A stretch of DNA of 64,000 nucleotides. Origin: Acidobacteriota bacterium. Lineage in GTDB: Bacteria > Acidobacteriota > UBA6911 > RPQK01 > JAJDTT01. The notes beneath the pieces were generated by a model that ran no database searches, was not told the DNA's origin, and worked only from the letters and a program-made list of their open reading frames with translations. The stretch covers positions 2,624,001-2,688,000 of the forward strand of contig OZ242374.1 of NCBI GenBank assembly GCA_965209055.1, given 5' to 3'. Within the stretch, counting starts at the first letter, position 1. Every line of letters begins with the position of its first letter. The translations under genes and the position numbers were made by a program. This document shows positions 9,686 through 19,302 of the stretch, piece by piece.

Positions 9686-9729
9686 TTTTTTTATCTTGCG
9701 GTTGGCGTGGACTCCGGGGTTCTATCGAA

Positions 9730-11532
9730 ATGTCCGGACAGAGCATTATGAGGACCATCCATCGGGATGGGACCGTTCATGAGGTCTTCGATCCCGACGA
9801 AGCTCTGGAAACCCTGCGCCATTCGACGTCCCACCTGATGGCCCTGGCGGTCAGCCACCTCTTCCCGGAAGTGAGTCTGGGAATCGGTCCTCCCACCGGC
9901 GATGGCTTCTACTACGATTTCCAGATGCCGCACCGGCTGACGGAGGACGATCTGCCCCGAATCGAAGCCAAGATGGACGAGCTCAAGGCGGAGAATCTGG
10001 ATTTCGAGCCGTCCATTCTGGAGCTGTCCGAAGCGCTGGATTTCTTTCGCAGTCACGGCGAGGAGTTGAAGACCGAGTTGATCGAAGAGCGGAAGGACGA
10101 GGTGCTCTCTTCCTATCGCCTGGGAGACCTGGTGGATTTCTGCACCGGGCCGCACGTGCTCTCCACGGCTCAGCTCGGCTCGTTCCGGCTGCTTTCCGTT
10201 GCCGGTTCCTATTGGAGGGGCGACGAACACCGGGAACAGTTGCAAAGGATTTACGGAACGGCGTTTTTCTCGTCCCGGGAACTGGATGACTATCTGCAGC
10301 GGCTGGAGGAGGCCAGGAACCGCGACCATCGGAAACTGGGCCGGGAACTGGATCTCTTTTCGGTTCCGGAGGGCGTCGCTCCGGGTCTCATTTTCTGGCA
10401 TCCGAAGGGCGCCAAGGTTCGGGAAAAGATCGAAGAGTTCCTGCGCGAGGAGCACGAAGCGCGCGGTTACCAGTTCGTATACACGCCCCATATCGCCAAG
10501 TGCGACCTTTGGAAGACGTCCGGCCACTACGAGTTTTTCCGGGAGAACATGTACACGTTGCCCGTGGACGACGAAGAGTACGTGCTCAAGCCCATGAACT
10601 GTCCCGGCCATATCCTCATTTACAAGTCGAGGAAACGCAGTTACCGCGAACTGCCCATCCGTCTCGCCGAGTTCGGAACGGTCTATCGGTACGAGAAGTC
10701 GGGAACCCTCCATGGGATGCTTCGCGTGCGGGGATTCACCCAGGACGACGCGCATATTTTCTGCCGTCCGGACCAGGTTTTTTCGGAAGTGGTTGCCACC
10801 TTGGACCTTGCAGAGCATCTTCTCAGCACGTTCGGCTTTCAGGGCCATGAGATCATGTTGGCCACCTGGGACCCGGAACACACCGAGCACTACGCCGGAA
10901 AACGTGAAGATTGGGAGAGGGCCGAGTCGGTTCTGGTCCAGGCGTTGGAGGAAAAGGGTTGGCCGTACCGCCGCCAGCCAGGCGAGGCTGCTTTCTACGG
11001 TCCCAAGATCGACATCAGTCTGATCGATGCTCTGGGGCGAACCTGGCAGGTCACCACCTTGCAGTTCGATTTCAACCTGCCGGCCCGCTTCAACATTACC
11101 TATGCCGATTCCGAATCCCGCGAACAGCAGGTCATCATGTTGCATCGGGCTCTGCTGGGTTCCATGGAGCGGTTCATGGGGATTCTGGTCGAACACTTTG
11201 GAGGCGCGTTTCCGCCCTGGCTGTCGCCGGTGCAGGCATCGGTGGTCCCGGTGAGCGAACGGCACCATGAATACGCGGTCGAGGTCCGCGACCGGCTGCG
11301 GGGGACGGGCTTGCGTGTCGAGGCGGACTTGAGAAACGAGAAGTTGGGATACAAGATCAGGAGTGCCCAGATGAGCAAAGTGCCATACATGCTCGTCGTG
11401 GGCGATCGAGAGGTGCAGGGCCGTACCGTATCGGTGCGGGATCGCCGGCGGGGCAACCAGGGGGCATGCCCGTTGGACGATTTTTCCCGAATGCTTGGTC
11501 GACAGGTGGCGCAAAGAGCGCTGGACGTCTGA
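9730..11532 (+). CDS. thrS: Threonine--tRNA ligase (N-terminal TGS domain absent or very short)
   Basis: RHSTSH, DFCTGPH, KPMNCPGH, RVRGFTQDDAHIF, AAFYGPKID, HRALLGSMERF. Confidence 0.97.
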   Translation: MSGQSIMRTIHRDGTVHEVFDPDEALETLRHSTSHLMALAVSHLFPEVSLGIGPPTGDGFYYDFQMPHRLTEDDLPRIEAKMDELKAENLDFEPSILELSEALDFFRSHGEELKTELIEERKDEVLSSYRLGDLVDFCTGPHVLSTAQLGSFRLLSVAGSYWRGDEHREQLQRIYGTAFFSSRELDDYLQRLEEARNRDHRKLGRELDLFSVPEGVAPGLIFWHPKGAKVREKIEEFLREEHEARGYQFVYTPHIAKCDLWKTSGHYEFFRENMYTLPVDDEEYVLKPMNCPGHILIYKSRKRSYRELPIRLAEFGTVYRYEKSGTLHGMLRVRGFTQDDAHIFCRPDQVFSEVVATLDLAEHLLSTFGFQGHEIMLATWDPEHTEHYAGKREDWERAESVLVQALEEKGWPYRRQPGEAAFYGPKIDISLIDALGRTWQVTTLQFDFNLPARFNITYADSESREQQVIMLHRALLGSMERFMGILVEHFGGAFPPWLSPVQASVVPVSERHHEYAVEVRDRLRGTGLRVEADLRNEKLGYKIRSAQMSKVPYMLVVGDREVQGRTVSVRDRRRGNQGACPLDDFSRMLGRQVAQRALDV

Positions 11533-11607
11533 CCATGCTTTGAGGCATTGTCATCATTTGTCCCCGGTGAGTCGAAATTGATTCGAAGAAGAAGAGGAGC
11601 CGATTCT

Positions 11608-12120
11608 ATTCAGAGAGCACGAGTCAATCATCGGATAAGGGCCAGGGAAATTCGGGTCATCGACGAGAATGGGAGCCAGTTGGGCATCATGGCTCCGCCC
11701 GAGGCAAGGCGGCTGGCTCAGGAGAGGTCCCTCGACCTGGTCGAGGTCGCTCCCACCGCCAGGCCTCCGGTTTGTCGAATCATGGACTACGGGAAGTACC
11801 TGTACCAGCAACGCAAGAAGGCTCAGGAGGCGCGAAAGCACCAGAAAGTCATTCAGGTCAAGGAAGTCAAATTCCGGCCCAAGATCGACCAGCATGACTA
11901 TGAGTTCAAAAAGAAACACATTCTGCGTTTCTTGAAGGACGAAAACAGGGTCAAGGCCACCGTCATCTTCAGGGGTCGGGAGATCACCCACTCCGAGCTG
12001 GGTGAGGAGATCCTGAACCAGCTCCGTGGCGAGCTGACCGAGGTCGCGGACGTCGAGCGGCGGCCCCGGTTGGAAGGCCACACCATGACCATGATTCTGG
12101 TGCCCAGAAAACAGCCCTGA
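11608..12120 (+). CDS. infC: Translation initiation factor IF-3 (probable ATT start)
   Basis: [28 protein letters not shown]; GAGGAG at 11594-11599 precedes in-frame ATT at 11608. Confidence 0.93.
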   Translation: MQRARVNHRIRAREIRVIDENGSQLGIMAPPEARRLAQERSLDLVEVAPTARPPVCRIMDYGKYLYQQRKKAQEARKHQKVIQVKEVKFRPKIDQHDYEFKKKHILRFLKDENRVKATVIFRGREITHSELGEEILNQLRGELTEVADVERRPRLEGHTMTMILVPRKQP

Positions 12121-12223
12121 ATTCACTCGGAATTCTGCTTCAGACCCGGTTCCTTCAACGGCCGGGCCCGGTATTCACCAAGCCGGGCATGAGCGATCCG
12201 GGTACACAGCGAGGAAAACGGCG

Positions 12224-12415
12224 ATGCGATTGAAGACCAAGCGCGCGGCAGCCAAGCGATTCAAGGTCACGGGGTCGGGCAAGATCAGCCGGCGGCACAG
12301 CCATCACAGCCACATCCTGACCAAGAAGAGTCGCAAGCGGAAGCGGAATTTGAAGGATTGGGCCGGCCTGTCCTCTGCGGACAAGAAGCGGGTCCGGAAG
12401 ATGCTGCATATTTAG
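12224..12415 (+). CDS. rpmI: 50S ribosomal protein L35
   Basis: [24 protein letters not shown]. Confidence 0.96.
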   Translation: MRLKTKRAAAKRFKVTGSGKISRRHSHHSHILTKKSRKRKRNLKDWAGLSSADKKRVRKMLHI

Positions 12416-12452
12416 CGGCCGCGGGATTTTCGCGGGTGCTGGAGGTTCCATC

Positions 12453-12809
12453 ATGTCGAGGGTAAAGAGAGGGGTTAAGCGAAACCGGAGACGGAAGAAG
12501 ATCCTGCGCCTGGCCAAGGGTTACTGGGGCGCCAAGGGCAGGCTTCACCGCGCAGCCAAGGAACAGGTAAACCGTTCTCTGGCCTACTCCTATCGGGACC
12601 GGCGGCAGAAGAAGCGGAACTTCCGGAGGCTCTGGATCATCCGGGTCAACGCGGCCGCGCGGCAGCACAGCCTTTCCTACAGTCAGTTCATGTACGGTCT
12701 GAAGAAGGCCGGTTTGGAGTTGAGCCGTAAGATGTTGGCCGATCTGGCCGTCAGGGATCCACAGGCCTTCGGCAAGATCGCCGACATGGCTCGCAATGCC
12801 TTGCGTTAG
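12453..12809 (+). CDS. rplT: 50S ribosomal protein L20
   Basis: [29 protein letters not shown]. Confidence 0.97.
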   Translation: MSRVKRGVKRNRRRKKILRLAKGYWGAKGRLHRAAKEQVNRSLAYSYRDRRQKKRNFRRLWIIRVNAAARQHSLSYSQFMYGLKKAGLELSRKMLADLAVRDPQAFGKIADMARNALR

Positions 12810-12868
12810 GTAGCCGTTCGCCCCGGATTCTCAACCTTCCTCCAAGTTCCATTCCCGGGTCCGAGTCG

Positions 12869-13894
12869 ATGAAGCCGGTAGATCCGACTCACCTCTGGCA
12901 GAGCTTTCAGGCTGAACTGCAGGAGGTCTCGTCCAAGCCGGCTCTCACCCGGCTCCGCGACCGCTATCTCAGCCGTCAAAGGGGCCTGCTGACGCTCCAG
13001 TTGAGGGGTCTGGGACGACTCGCTCCCCAGGAACGGCCCCGGGCGGGCAAGAGCCTGAACCGGATCAAGGGCCGGATCGAATCGGCCCTGGCCGAGCGGG
13101 GGCGGGAGCTTGAGGCCGAGCAGCGCCGGTCCCAGCTCGAATCGGAACGCCTGGACATTACACTGCCGGGTTATCTTCCTCCTCAGGGCCGTTCTCATCC
13201 GCTGACACGGGTCCGGCGCGAGATGGAGGAGATCGCCGTGCGAATGGGATTCTCCGTCCTTTCGGGACCTGAACTGGAACTGGATCACTACAATTTCGAA
13301 GCGCTCAACATGCCCAAGGAGCATCCTGCCCGGGACACGCAGGATACGCTCTACATCACCGGGAACCTGCTGCTGAGGACCCATACGTCCCCCGTCCAGA
13401 TCCGGACCATGGAGCGCCAGCAGCCCCCCGTCCGCATCGTGGTTCCCGGACGCGTCTATCGCCGGGACACCGTGGACGCCACCCACAGCCCCATGTTTCA
13501 CCAGATGGAAGGCCTGGTCGTGGACGAGGGGATCACGTTCGGAGACCTGAAGGGAACTCTGGAGCTCTTCTTGCGGGAGCTCTTCTCCAGTGACCTGCGG
13601 GTGAGGTTCCGGCCCAGCTACTTCCCCTTCGTCGAGCCTGGAGCCGAGGTGGACATCGAGTGCATCTTCTGCTCGTCGCGAGGGTGCGGAGTCTGCAAGC
13701 GCACCGGATGGATCGAGATCATGGGCGCGGGCATGGTCCATCCCCGGGTGTTTTCCATGGTGGGATACGACGCCGAGCGCTACACGGGATTCGCTTGGGG
13801 AATGGGAATCGATCGGATCGCCATCCTCAAGTACCGCGTCAGCGACCTGCGGCTCTTTTTCGAAAATGACCTGAGATTTCTCCGGCAGTTCTGA
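12869..13894 (+). CDS. pheS: Phenylalanine--tRNA ligase alpha subunit
   Basis: HPARDTQDT, LRTHTSPVQ, FHQMEG, FPFVEP, GFAWGMGIDR. Confidence 0.97.
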   Translation: MKPVDPTHLWQSFQAELQEVSSKPALTRLRDRYLSRQRGLLTLQLRGLGRLAPQERPRAGKSLNRIKGRIESALAERGRELEAEQRRSQLESERLDITLPGYLPPQGRSHPLTRVRREMEEIAVRMGFSVLSGPELELDHYNFEALNMPKEHPARDTQDTLYITGNLLLRTHTSPVQIRTMERQQPPVRIVVPGRVYRRDTVDATHSPMFHQMEGLVVDEGITFGDLKGTLELFLRELFSSDLRVRFRPSYFPFVEPGAEVDIECIFCSSRGCGVCKRTGWIEIMGAGMVHPRVFSMVGYDAERYTGFAWGMGIDRIAILKYRVSDLRLFFENDLRFLRQF

Positions 13895-13929
13895 CCCGGC
13901 CGCGCCGTGTTGCGCCAGACAGTGACGTC

Positions 13930-15984
13930 ATGAAGATCGGATGGAATTGGCTGCAGGACTACCTGGACCTCCAGGGAATGGATTCGGATCGGCTCTCGGA
14001 AGCTCTGGGCATGCTGGGTTTCCCCGTGGAGTCGGTGGATGAGACCGGGGACGGCCGGGTCCTGGAGCTGGAAGTGACGACGAACCGGCCTGATTGCCTG
14101 AATCACCTGGGCATCGCCCGGGAGGTGTCGGCCAGATTCGGACTGGAGCTCAGAGTTCCCGACCTTTCGGAGCCTCCGGGGAGAGTCGTCGCGAATCCCG
14201 GAGCACGGGTCTCCATTGAGGCGCCGGACCTGTGCCCAAGGTATGCGGCCCGGGTCATGTCGGGCGTCAAGATCGGCCCCTCCCCCGATTGGCTCAAGAG
14301 ACGGATCGAGTCGGTGGGGCAAAGACCCATCAACAATGTCGTCGACGTCACCAACTTCGTCCTCTACGAGTTGGGCCAACCCCTGCACGGGTTCGACCTG
14401 GACCGATTGAGCGAGCGAAGGATCATCGTCCGCCGAGCGGCGGAAGGGGAGCGCCTGGCCACGTTGGACGGAGAGGACAGGCGCCTCGACCCGTCCATGC
14501 TGGTCATTGCCGACGCCACTCGAGCCGTGGCTCTCGCCGGCATCATGGGAGGGATGGAAACGGAGATTTCCGGCGCGACCACCGATCTTCTTCTGGAGAG
14601 CGCCTACTTCGAGCCGTTGTCCGTCCGCCGCACCGCCAAGCGGTTGGGAATGCGAACCGATGCCTCCTACCGTTTCGAGCGGGGCGCCGACCCGGATATG
14701 GCGACCAAGGCCTTGAACCGGGCCTGCCGCATGATCCGGCAAATCGCCGGCGGCTCCTGCCGGGGGCCGGTGATCGACGAGTTTCCCCGGCCCATTCCCG
14801 CCCGGGAGATCCGGCTTCGAAGCGGCCGTTTGACCCAGGTGCTGGGTGTCTCGGTGGATCCGGATTTCGTCGAAGAGGTGCTGGGCCGCCTGGGTTTCGA
14901 ACCGGAGCCGCAGGATGAGGGCTCCTGGAGGATTCGTGTGCCCAGCTTCCGGGCGGACGTGGCCCTCGAGGACGACCTGGTCGAGGAGGTCGCACGCGAA
15001 TATGGCTATGAGCGGCTTCCGACCACCTATCCCGCCGCCGCGGCGGTCGGAAAGTTCTCCGAGTCGGAAGGTCATAAGAGGCGGGTATCGTCCTCGCTGG
15101 AGTCCTGTGGATTCTATGAAGCAATGAACTACGCCTTCACCAATCCGGGCAGGGAGGAGATCTTTCTGGGCCGGCGGACGCCGCTGGTTCCCATTGCCAA
15201 CCCACTGTCCGAGGAACATACGCATCTGCGAAGCACGCTCCTTCCGGGACTGGCGGAATCGATTCGGCACAATCTGAATTTCGGCAACAGGAGCGTCCGT
15301 CTCTTCGAGACCGGGAAGGTCTTCTTTCGGAGAGGCGATGACCCCGAGCAAGCGCAGGAGGAGCCGTATCTGGGGCTGGCGGCAACCGGGTCGGCCCATG
15401 GTCCGTTCTGGAGCGGTGCTTCCGAGCCTTTCGGGTTTCATCACCTGAAGGGGGTTCTTCAAATGCTGTTCCGGAAATTCGGCTTCGAGGTCGAATACCG
15501 CGCGGCCGCCGGGCTCCCGTTTCTTCATCCCGGTATCTCCGCTGAGATCCTGCGGGAGGGACGCCGCCTCGGCGTCTTGGGAAGACTTCACCCCCGGCTC
15601 CATGCCCACTACAAGTTCTCTCAGGACGTGCTGGTGGCGGAGCTCCGGTTGGACGAGTTGTACGGCCGGAACCTCGAGGACCCGGCGTATCGGGTGTTGA
15701 CGCGGTTTCCGTCGGTGGAGCACGACTTTTCGTTTCTCGTTGACAAGAGTGTGAGTTTCGCTACACTGATAAACGCCATTCGGGGCTTGAGCATCCCGGA
15801 GCTTCGGGATATCAGGCTCATTGATCTCTATCGCGGCTCGAGTGTTCCCAAAGATAAGGTTGGCTTGACTCTGCGTCTGACCTTCGCCGATGCGGAGAGG
15901 ACGCTGACTCTGCCTGAGGTCAAGCACCTTAGTGAACGGGTTTTTTCCTTTATGCGCCGGGAATTGGGCGTGGAAGGGCGTTAG
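13930..15984 (+). CDS. pheT: Phenylalanine--tRNA ligase beta subunit (short form without OB-fold tRNA-binding domain)
   Basis: TTNRPDCL near the N-terminus, INNVVDVTN, RFERG, DLVEEVAR, FDX-ACB tail. Confidence 0.95.
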   Translation: MKIGWNWLQDYLDLQGMDSDRLSEALGMLGFPVESVDETGDGRVLELEVTTNRPDCLNHLGIAREVSARFGLELRVPDLSEPPGRVVANPGARVSIEAPDLCPRYAARVMSGVKIGPSPDWLKRRIESVGQRPINNVVDVTNFVLYELGQPLHGFDLDRLSERRIIVRRAAEGERLATLDGEDRRLDPSMLVIADATRAVALAGIMGGMETEISGATTDLLLESAYFEPLSVRRTAKRLGMRTDASYRFERGADPDMATKALNRACRMIRQIAGGSCRGPVIDEFPRPIPAREIRLRSGRLTQVLGVSVDPDFVEEVLGRLGFEPEPQDEGSWRIRVPSFRADVALEDDLVEEVAREYGYERLPTTYPAAAAVGKFSESEGHKRRVSSSLESCGFYEAMNYAFTNPGREEIFLGRRTPLVPIANPLSEEHTHLRSTLLPGLAESIRHNLNFGNRSVRLFETGKVFFRRGDDPEQAQEEPYLGLAATGSAHGPFWSGASEPFGFHHLKGVLQMLFRKFGFEVEYRAAAGLPFLHPGISAEILREGRRLGVLGRLHPRLHAHYKFSQDVLVAELRLDELYGRNLEDPAYRVLTRFPSVEHDFSFLVDKSVSFATLINAIRGLSIPELRDIRLIDLYRGSSVPKDKVGLTLRLTFADAERTLTLPEVKHLSERVFSFMRRELGVEGR

Positions 15985-16007
15985 CGGCGAGTTCTGGAGC
16001 CGGACAC

Positions 16008-16265
16008 GTGGATGTCGACCGGGCTTGGCGGGACCTGGAAGTCTCAACCGACGAGGTGGTGAGACTCCTGGTGCGCCTGCGGAATGAGAACGCTTCGCTC
16101 CTGGAGAAAATCGATCAGCTAAACCGAGAATTGGAGGAGCTGGGTAGAGACAACCAGATCAGGAATGGGGCGGTCGAGCGTCTGCGAAGCGACGTGAAAT
16201 CGCGAGTGGAAAGCATCATGGAAAAGGTGTCCACCTTGGAGCAGCATCACCCCTACGGGATGTAG
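16008..16265 (+). CDS. Coiled-coil ZapB-like cell division protein
   Basis: Heptad pattern LRNENASLLEKIDQL, position between pheT and zapA. Confidence 0.6.
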   Translation: MDVDRAWRDLEVSTDEVVRLLVRLRNENASLLEKIDQLNRELEELGRDNQIRNGAVERLRSDVKSRVESIMEKVSTLEQHHPYGM

Positions 16266-16284
16266 GAAAGACCAGGCAGCCGTC

Positions 16285-16587
16285 ATGGATCAGAGCGTCA
16301 GTGTCAAGATCTTTCACCGTACGTATCGTCTTCGGAGCCGAGGTGATGCCCAACACGTCCGGGACCTGGCGGACTACGTGGACCGCCACATGGTCCGGAT
16401 CTCCGACCGGACGCCGACGGTAGACACGCTCAGGGTCGCCATTTTGGCCGCGTTGAGCATTGCCGACGAGTGCCTTTCCGCCCAAAGGCGGCTAGAAAGA
16501 GTTGAAGCGACGGTCTGCCGCAAGAGCGGAGAATTGAACGAGCTCTTGAGGTCAGCGCTGAGTCCTGAGGGTTCCGAACGGACCTGA
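16285..16587 (+). CDS. zapA: Cell division protein ZapA
   Basis: VKIFHRTY, LADYVD, VAILAALSIADE. Confidence 0.9.
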   Translation: MDQSVSVKIFHRTYRLRSRGDAQHVRDLADYVDRHMVRISDRTPTVDTLRVAILAALSIADECLSAQRRLERVEATVCRKSGELNELLRSALSPEGSERT

Positions 16588-16604
16588 GTGGACAGGAATG
16601 TAAG

Positions 16605-16780
16605 CCCGGCCCCTGCGATGCGCGTGATGGTTTGTGAGATTTGAGTCAACACTTATGAATCGGGAGCCTGAGTCCGGACGTCATGAGTTTCTCCGGGATC
16701 GGTGAAACCTGAGGCCGACGGCAGGGCACCCACCTGTTTTCAACAGGTTCAATCTCACGTTCCACACGGCAGAGCGGGGG
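16605..16780 (+). ncRNA. ssrS: 6S RNA
   Basis: Canonical zapA-6S-rny position; long rod with GTGAGATT pairing to AATCTCAC and central GGGAGCC...GGCACCCACCTG. Ends approximate. Confidence 0.85.
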
Positions 16781-16850
16781 TGATCCATCGCGTGCGCATC
16801 GTCCCGTCCCGCATCGGTTGCTCACCCTGGCTCCAGCAGGAGCGCATGAC

Positions 16851-18419
16851 ATGGACCAGCTATCCGGAATCATTCTGGTTCTACTGGCCGTGGTCCCGGT
16901 GGCCGCGATCGGAGGGTGGTATCTCCTCAAGACTCGCGTGGTTGACCGGCGGCTGCGAGACGCGGAACGAAACGCCCGCAGGATCGAGGAGAATGCCGCC
17001 AGGGAAGGGGAACGGATCCGCAAGGAGAGTCTCCTCGAGGCCAAGGACCAGGTCTTCAAGTGGCGCACCGAGGCGGAGCGGGAGCTTCAGGAGCGCCGGC
17101 AGCAGCGCCAAGCGGTGGAACGCCGCCTGTCCCGGCGGGAAGAAGACCTGGAGCGGCGGGACCGGCAGTTGCGCCGTCGCAATCGGGATTTCGAACAGCG
17201 TGTCCGGAAGCACCAGGGGCGCGAGAGCCGGCTGGAAGAGCAGCGGAAGAGAGTTGGCGAACTGGAGCAGGAGTGCCTCGATCGGCTGGAAGCAGCCGCG
17301 GGCATGAGCATCGAGGAGGCCAAGCAATCTCTGCTCACGTCGGTGGAATCCGAGGCCATGAAAGAGGCCGTGGTCCTGGTCAAAAACGTGGAAGACGAGG
17401 CTCGCCGGAAGGCGGATCAAGAGGCGAGGAAGATCATCACCCAAGCCATCCAGCGTTGTGCGGCCGAACACGTGGTCGCCACTACCGTATCCGCCGTGGA
17501 CCTCCCCGCCGAGGACATGAAGGGCCGCATCATCGGAAGAGAGGGGCGGAACATACGAGCCTTGGAGCAGGCCACCGGGGTCGAGTTGATCGTCGACGAT
17601 ACGCCCGAGGCCGTTATCCTCTCGGCCTTCGATCCCTATCGCAGGGCGGTCGCCAAGATCGCCATCGAGCGGCTGATCCAGGACGGCCGTATCCACCCGG
17701 CCCGCATCGAGGAGGTGGTCGCCCAAGTCGAACGGGACATGGAAAAACACCTGCTCCACGAGGGGGAGCAGGTGGTCTTCGAGTTGGGAATCCACAACAT
17801 GGATCCGGAGTTGGTTCAGTTGCTGGGACGGCTCAAGTACCGGACCAGCTACGGACAGAACGTGCTCAACCACAGTCGCGAGGTGGCCTATCTTGCCGGC
17901 ATCATGGCCCGCGAGCTGGGAGCCGACGTCGAGGTCTGCAAGCGCGCCGGGCTGCTGCATGACGTTGGCAAGTCCATCGACCGGGACGTGGAACGAACTC
18001 ACCTGCAGCTTGGCGTGGAGGTCGCCAAGAAGTGCGGAGAGAGTCCCGAAGTGGTCCACGCCATTGAGGCCCATCATTTCGACGTCGAGTTCGGCACCCT
18101 GGAAGCCATGCTGGTGCAGGCTGCCGACGCCGTATCCGCGGCCCGGCCCGGAGCGCGCCGGGAGATGCTCGAGAACTACATCAAGCGGCTGGAAGACCTG
18201 GAGGCCATCGCCAATTCCTTCAAGGGCGTGTCCAAAGCCTATGCCCTGCAGGCCGGCAGGGAGGTCCGCATCATCGTCGAGAGCAGCGAAGTGTCCGATG
18301 AACAGACTTTCTGGCTCACCAAGGACATCGCTCGGCGGATCGAGGGTGAAGTCCAGTATCCGGGTCAGGTCAAGGTGACGGTCATCCGGGAGATGAGGGT
18401 GGTGGACTACGCCCGGTGA
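16851..18419 (+). CDS. rny: Ribonuclease Y
   Basis: N-terminal TM, coiled coil, KH MKGRIIGREGRNIR, HD GLLHDVGK, SAARPGARRE. Confidence 0.97.
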   Translation: MDQLSGIILVLLAVVPVAAIGGWYLLKTRVVDRRLRDAERNARRIEENAAREGERIRKESLLEAKDQVFKWRTEAERELQERRQQRQAVERRLSRREEDLERRDRQLRRRNRDFEQRVRKHQGRESRLEEQRKRVGELEQECLDRLEAAAGMSIEEAKQSLLTSVESEAMKEAVVLVKNVEDEARRKADQEARKIITQAIQRCAAEHVVATTVSAVDLPAEDMKGRIIGREGRNIRALEQATGVELIVDDTPEAVILSAFDPYRRAVAKIAIERLIQDGRIHPARIEEVVAQVERDMEKHLLHEGEQVVFELGIHNMDPELVQLLGRLKYRTSYGQNVLNHSREVAYLAGIMARELGADVEVCKRAGLLHDVGKSIDRDVERTHLQLGVEVAKKCGESPEVVHAIEAHHFDVEFGTLEAMLVQAADAVSAARPGARREMLENYIKRLEDLEAIANSFKGVSKAYALQAGREVRIIVESSEVSDEQTFWLTKDIARRIEGEVQYPGQVKVTVIREMRVVDYAR

Positions 18420-18467
18420 GTTCTTCTCCGTCCCCGGCATCGACTTTTCCGGAAAGCGAGTTTCCAC

Positions 18468-19268
18468 ATGAAGGTTCTTTTTGTGGGAGATATCGTGGGC
18501 AGGCGGGGCCGCAAGGTCGTTCGCCGCATGATCCCGGCTCTTCGCCGCAAGAACGACATCGACCTGATCATAGCCAACGTGGAGAACTCCGCCGGTGGAT
18601 TCGGCATCACTCCGCGCGTCGCTCGCGAGATCCTGGCCATGGGCGTGGACGTCATGACTTCGGGCAACCATATTTGGGACAAGAAGGAAGTCCTGCAGTG
18701 CATTGATGACGAACCCAGGTTGCTGCGTCCGCACAACTATCCTCCCGGAGTCCCGGGACGCGGGGCCTATCAGGGCGTCACGGACCAGGGCGTTCGGTAT
18801 GGGGTTCTGAACCTGCAGGGCCGGGTCTTCATGCCCAACATCGATTGTCCCTTCCGTTGCGCCGAGGAGCAGGTCTCTCGGCTCCGCAAGCGAACGCAGG
18901 TTCTGATCGTCGATTTTCACGCCGAGGCCACGTCTGAGAAGCTGGCCCTGGGATGGTCCTTGGACGGCAAGGTTTCGGCCGTCCTGGGGACTCACACCCA
19001 CGTTCCCACGGCGGACACGCGGCTGCTCCCGAAGGGAACGGCCTATGTCTCCGACGTGGGAATGACCGGCTGCTACGACTCGGTCATCGGGGTGAGCGTG
19101 CAGACGGCATTGCCGCGGTTTCTGACGGCGATGCCCACGCGTTTCGCGGGGGCGACCGGATTGGCCAGCCTGGCTTCGGTCCTGCTGGACATCGACGAGG
19201 CGACCGGATTGGCCCGGTCCATCGAGAGGATCGGTCCCGACCTGCCCACAGGTTGCTCCGGCGGCTAG
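18468..19268 (+). CDS. ymdB: TIGR00282/YmdB metallophosphoesterase
   Basis: GDIVG, NVENSAGG, GNHIWD, DFHAEATSEK, GTHTH, DVGMTG. Confidence 0.93.
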   Translation: MKVLFVGDIVGRRGRKVVRRMIPALRRKNDIDLIIANVENSAGGFGITPRVAREILAMGVDVMTSGNHIWDKKEVLQCIDDEPRLLRPHNYPPGVPGRGAYQGVTDQGVRYGVLNLQGRVFMPNIDCPFRCAEEQVSRLRKRTQVLIVDFHAEATSEKLALGWSLDGKVSAVLGTHTHVPTADTRLLPKGTAYVSDVGMTGCYDSVIGVSVQTALPRFLTAMPTRFAGATGLASLASVLLDIDEATGLARSIERIGPDLPTGCSGG

Positions 19269-19302
19269 GCGGAGAGGGATTCCGGCGGACGAGGACTTCG
19301 AA

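Noticed and set aside
9613-9729. thrS ORF extension to 9613 in the ORF track
   Set aside because: It overlaps tRNA-Val; the true start is at ~9730-9748.
12121-12223. Hairpins between infC and rpmI as an L20 autoregulatory leader
   Set aside because: Stems are present (CCCGG...CCGGG) but I cannot match them to a known L20 leader without a covariance search.
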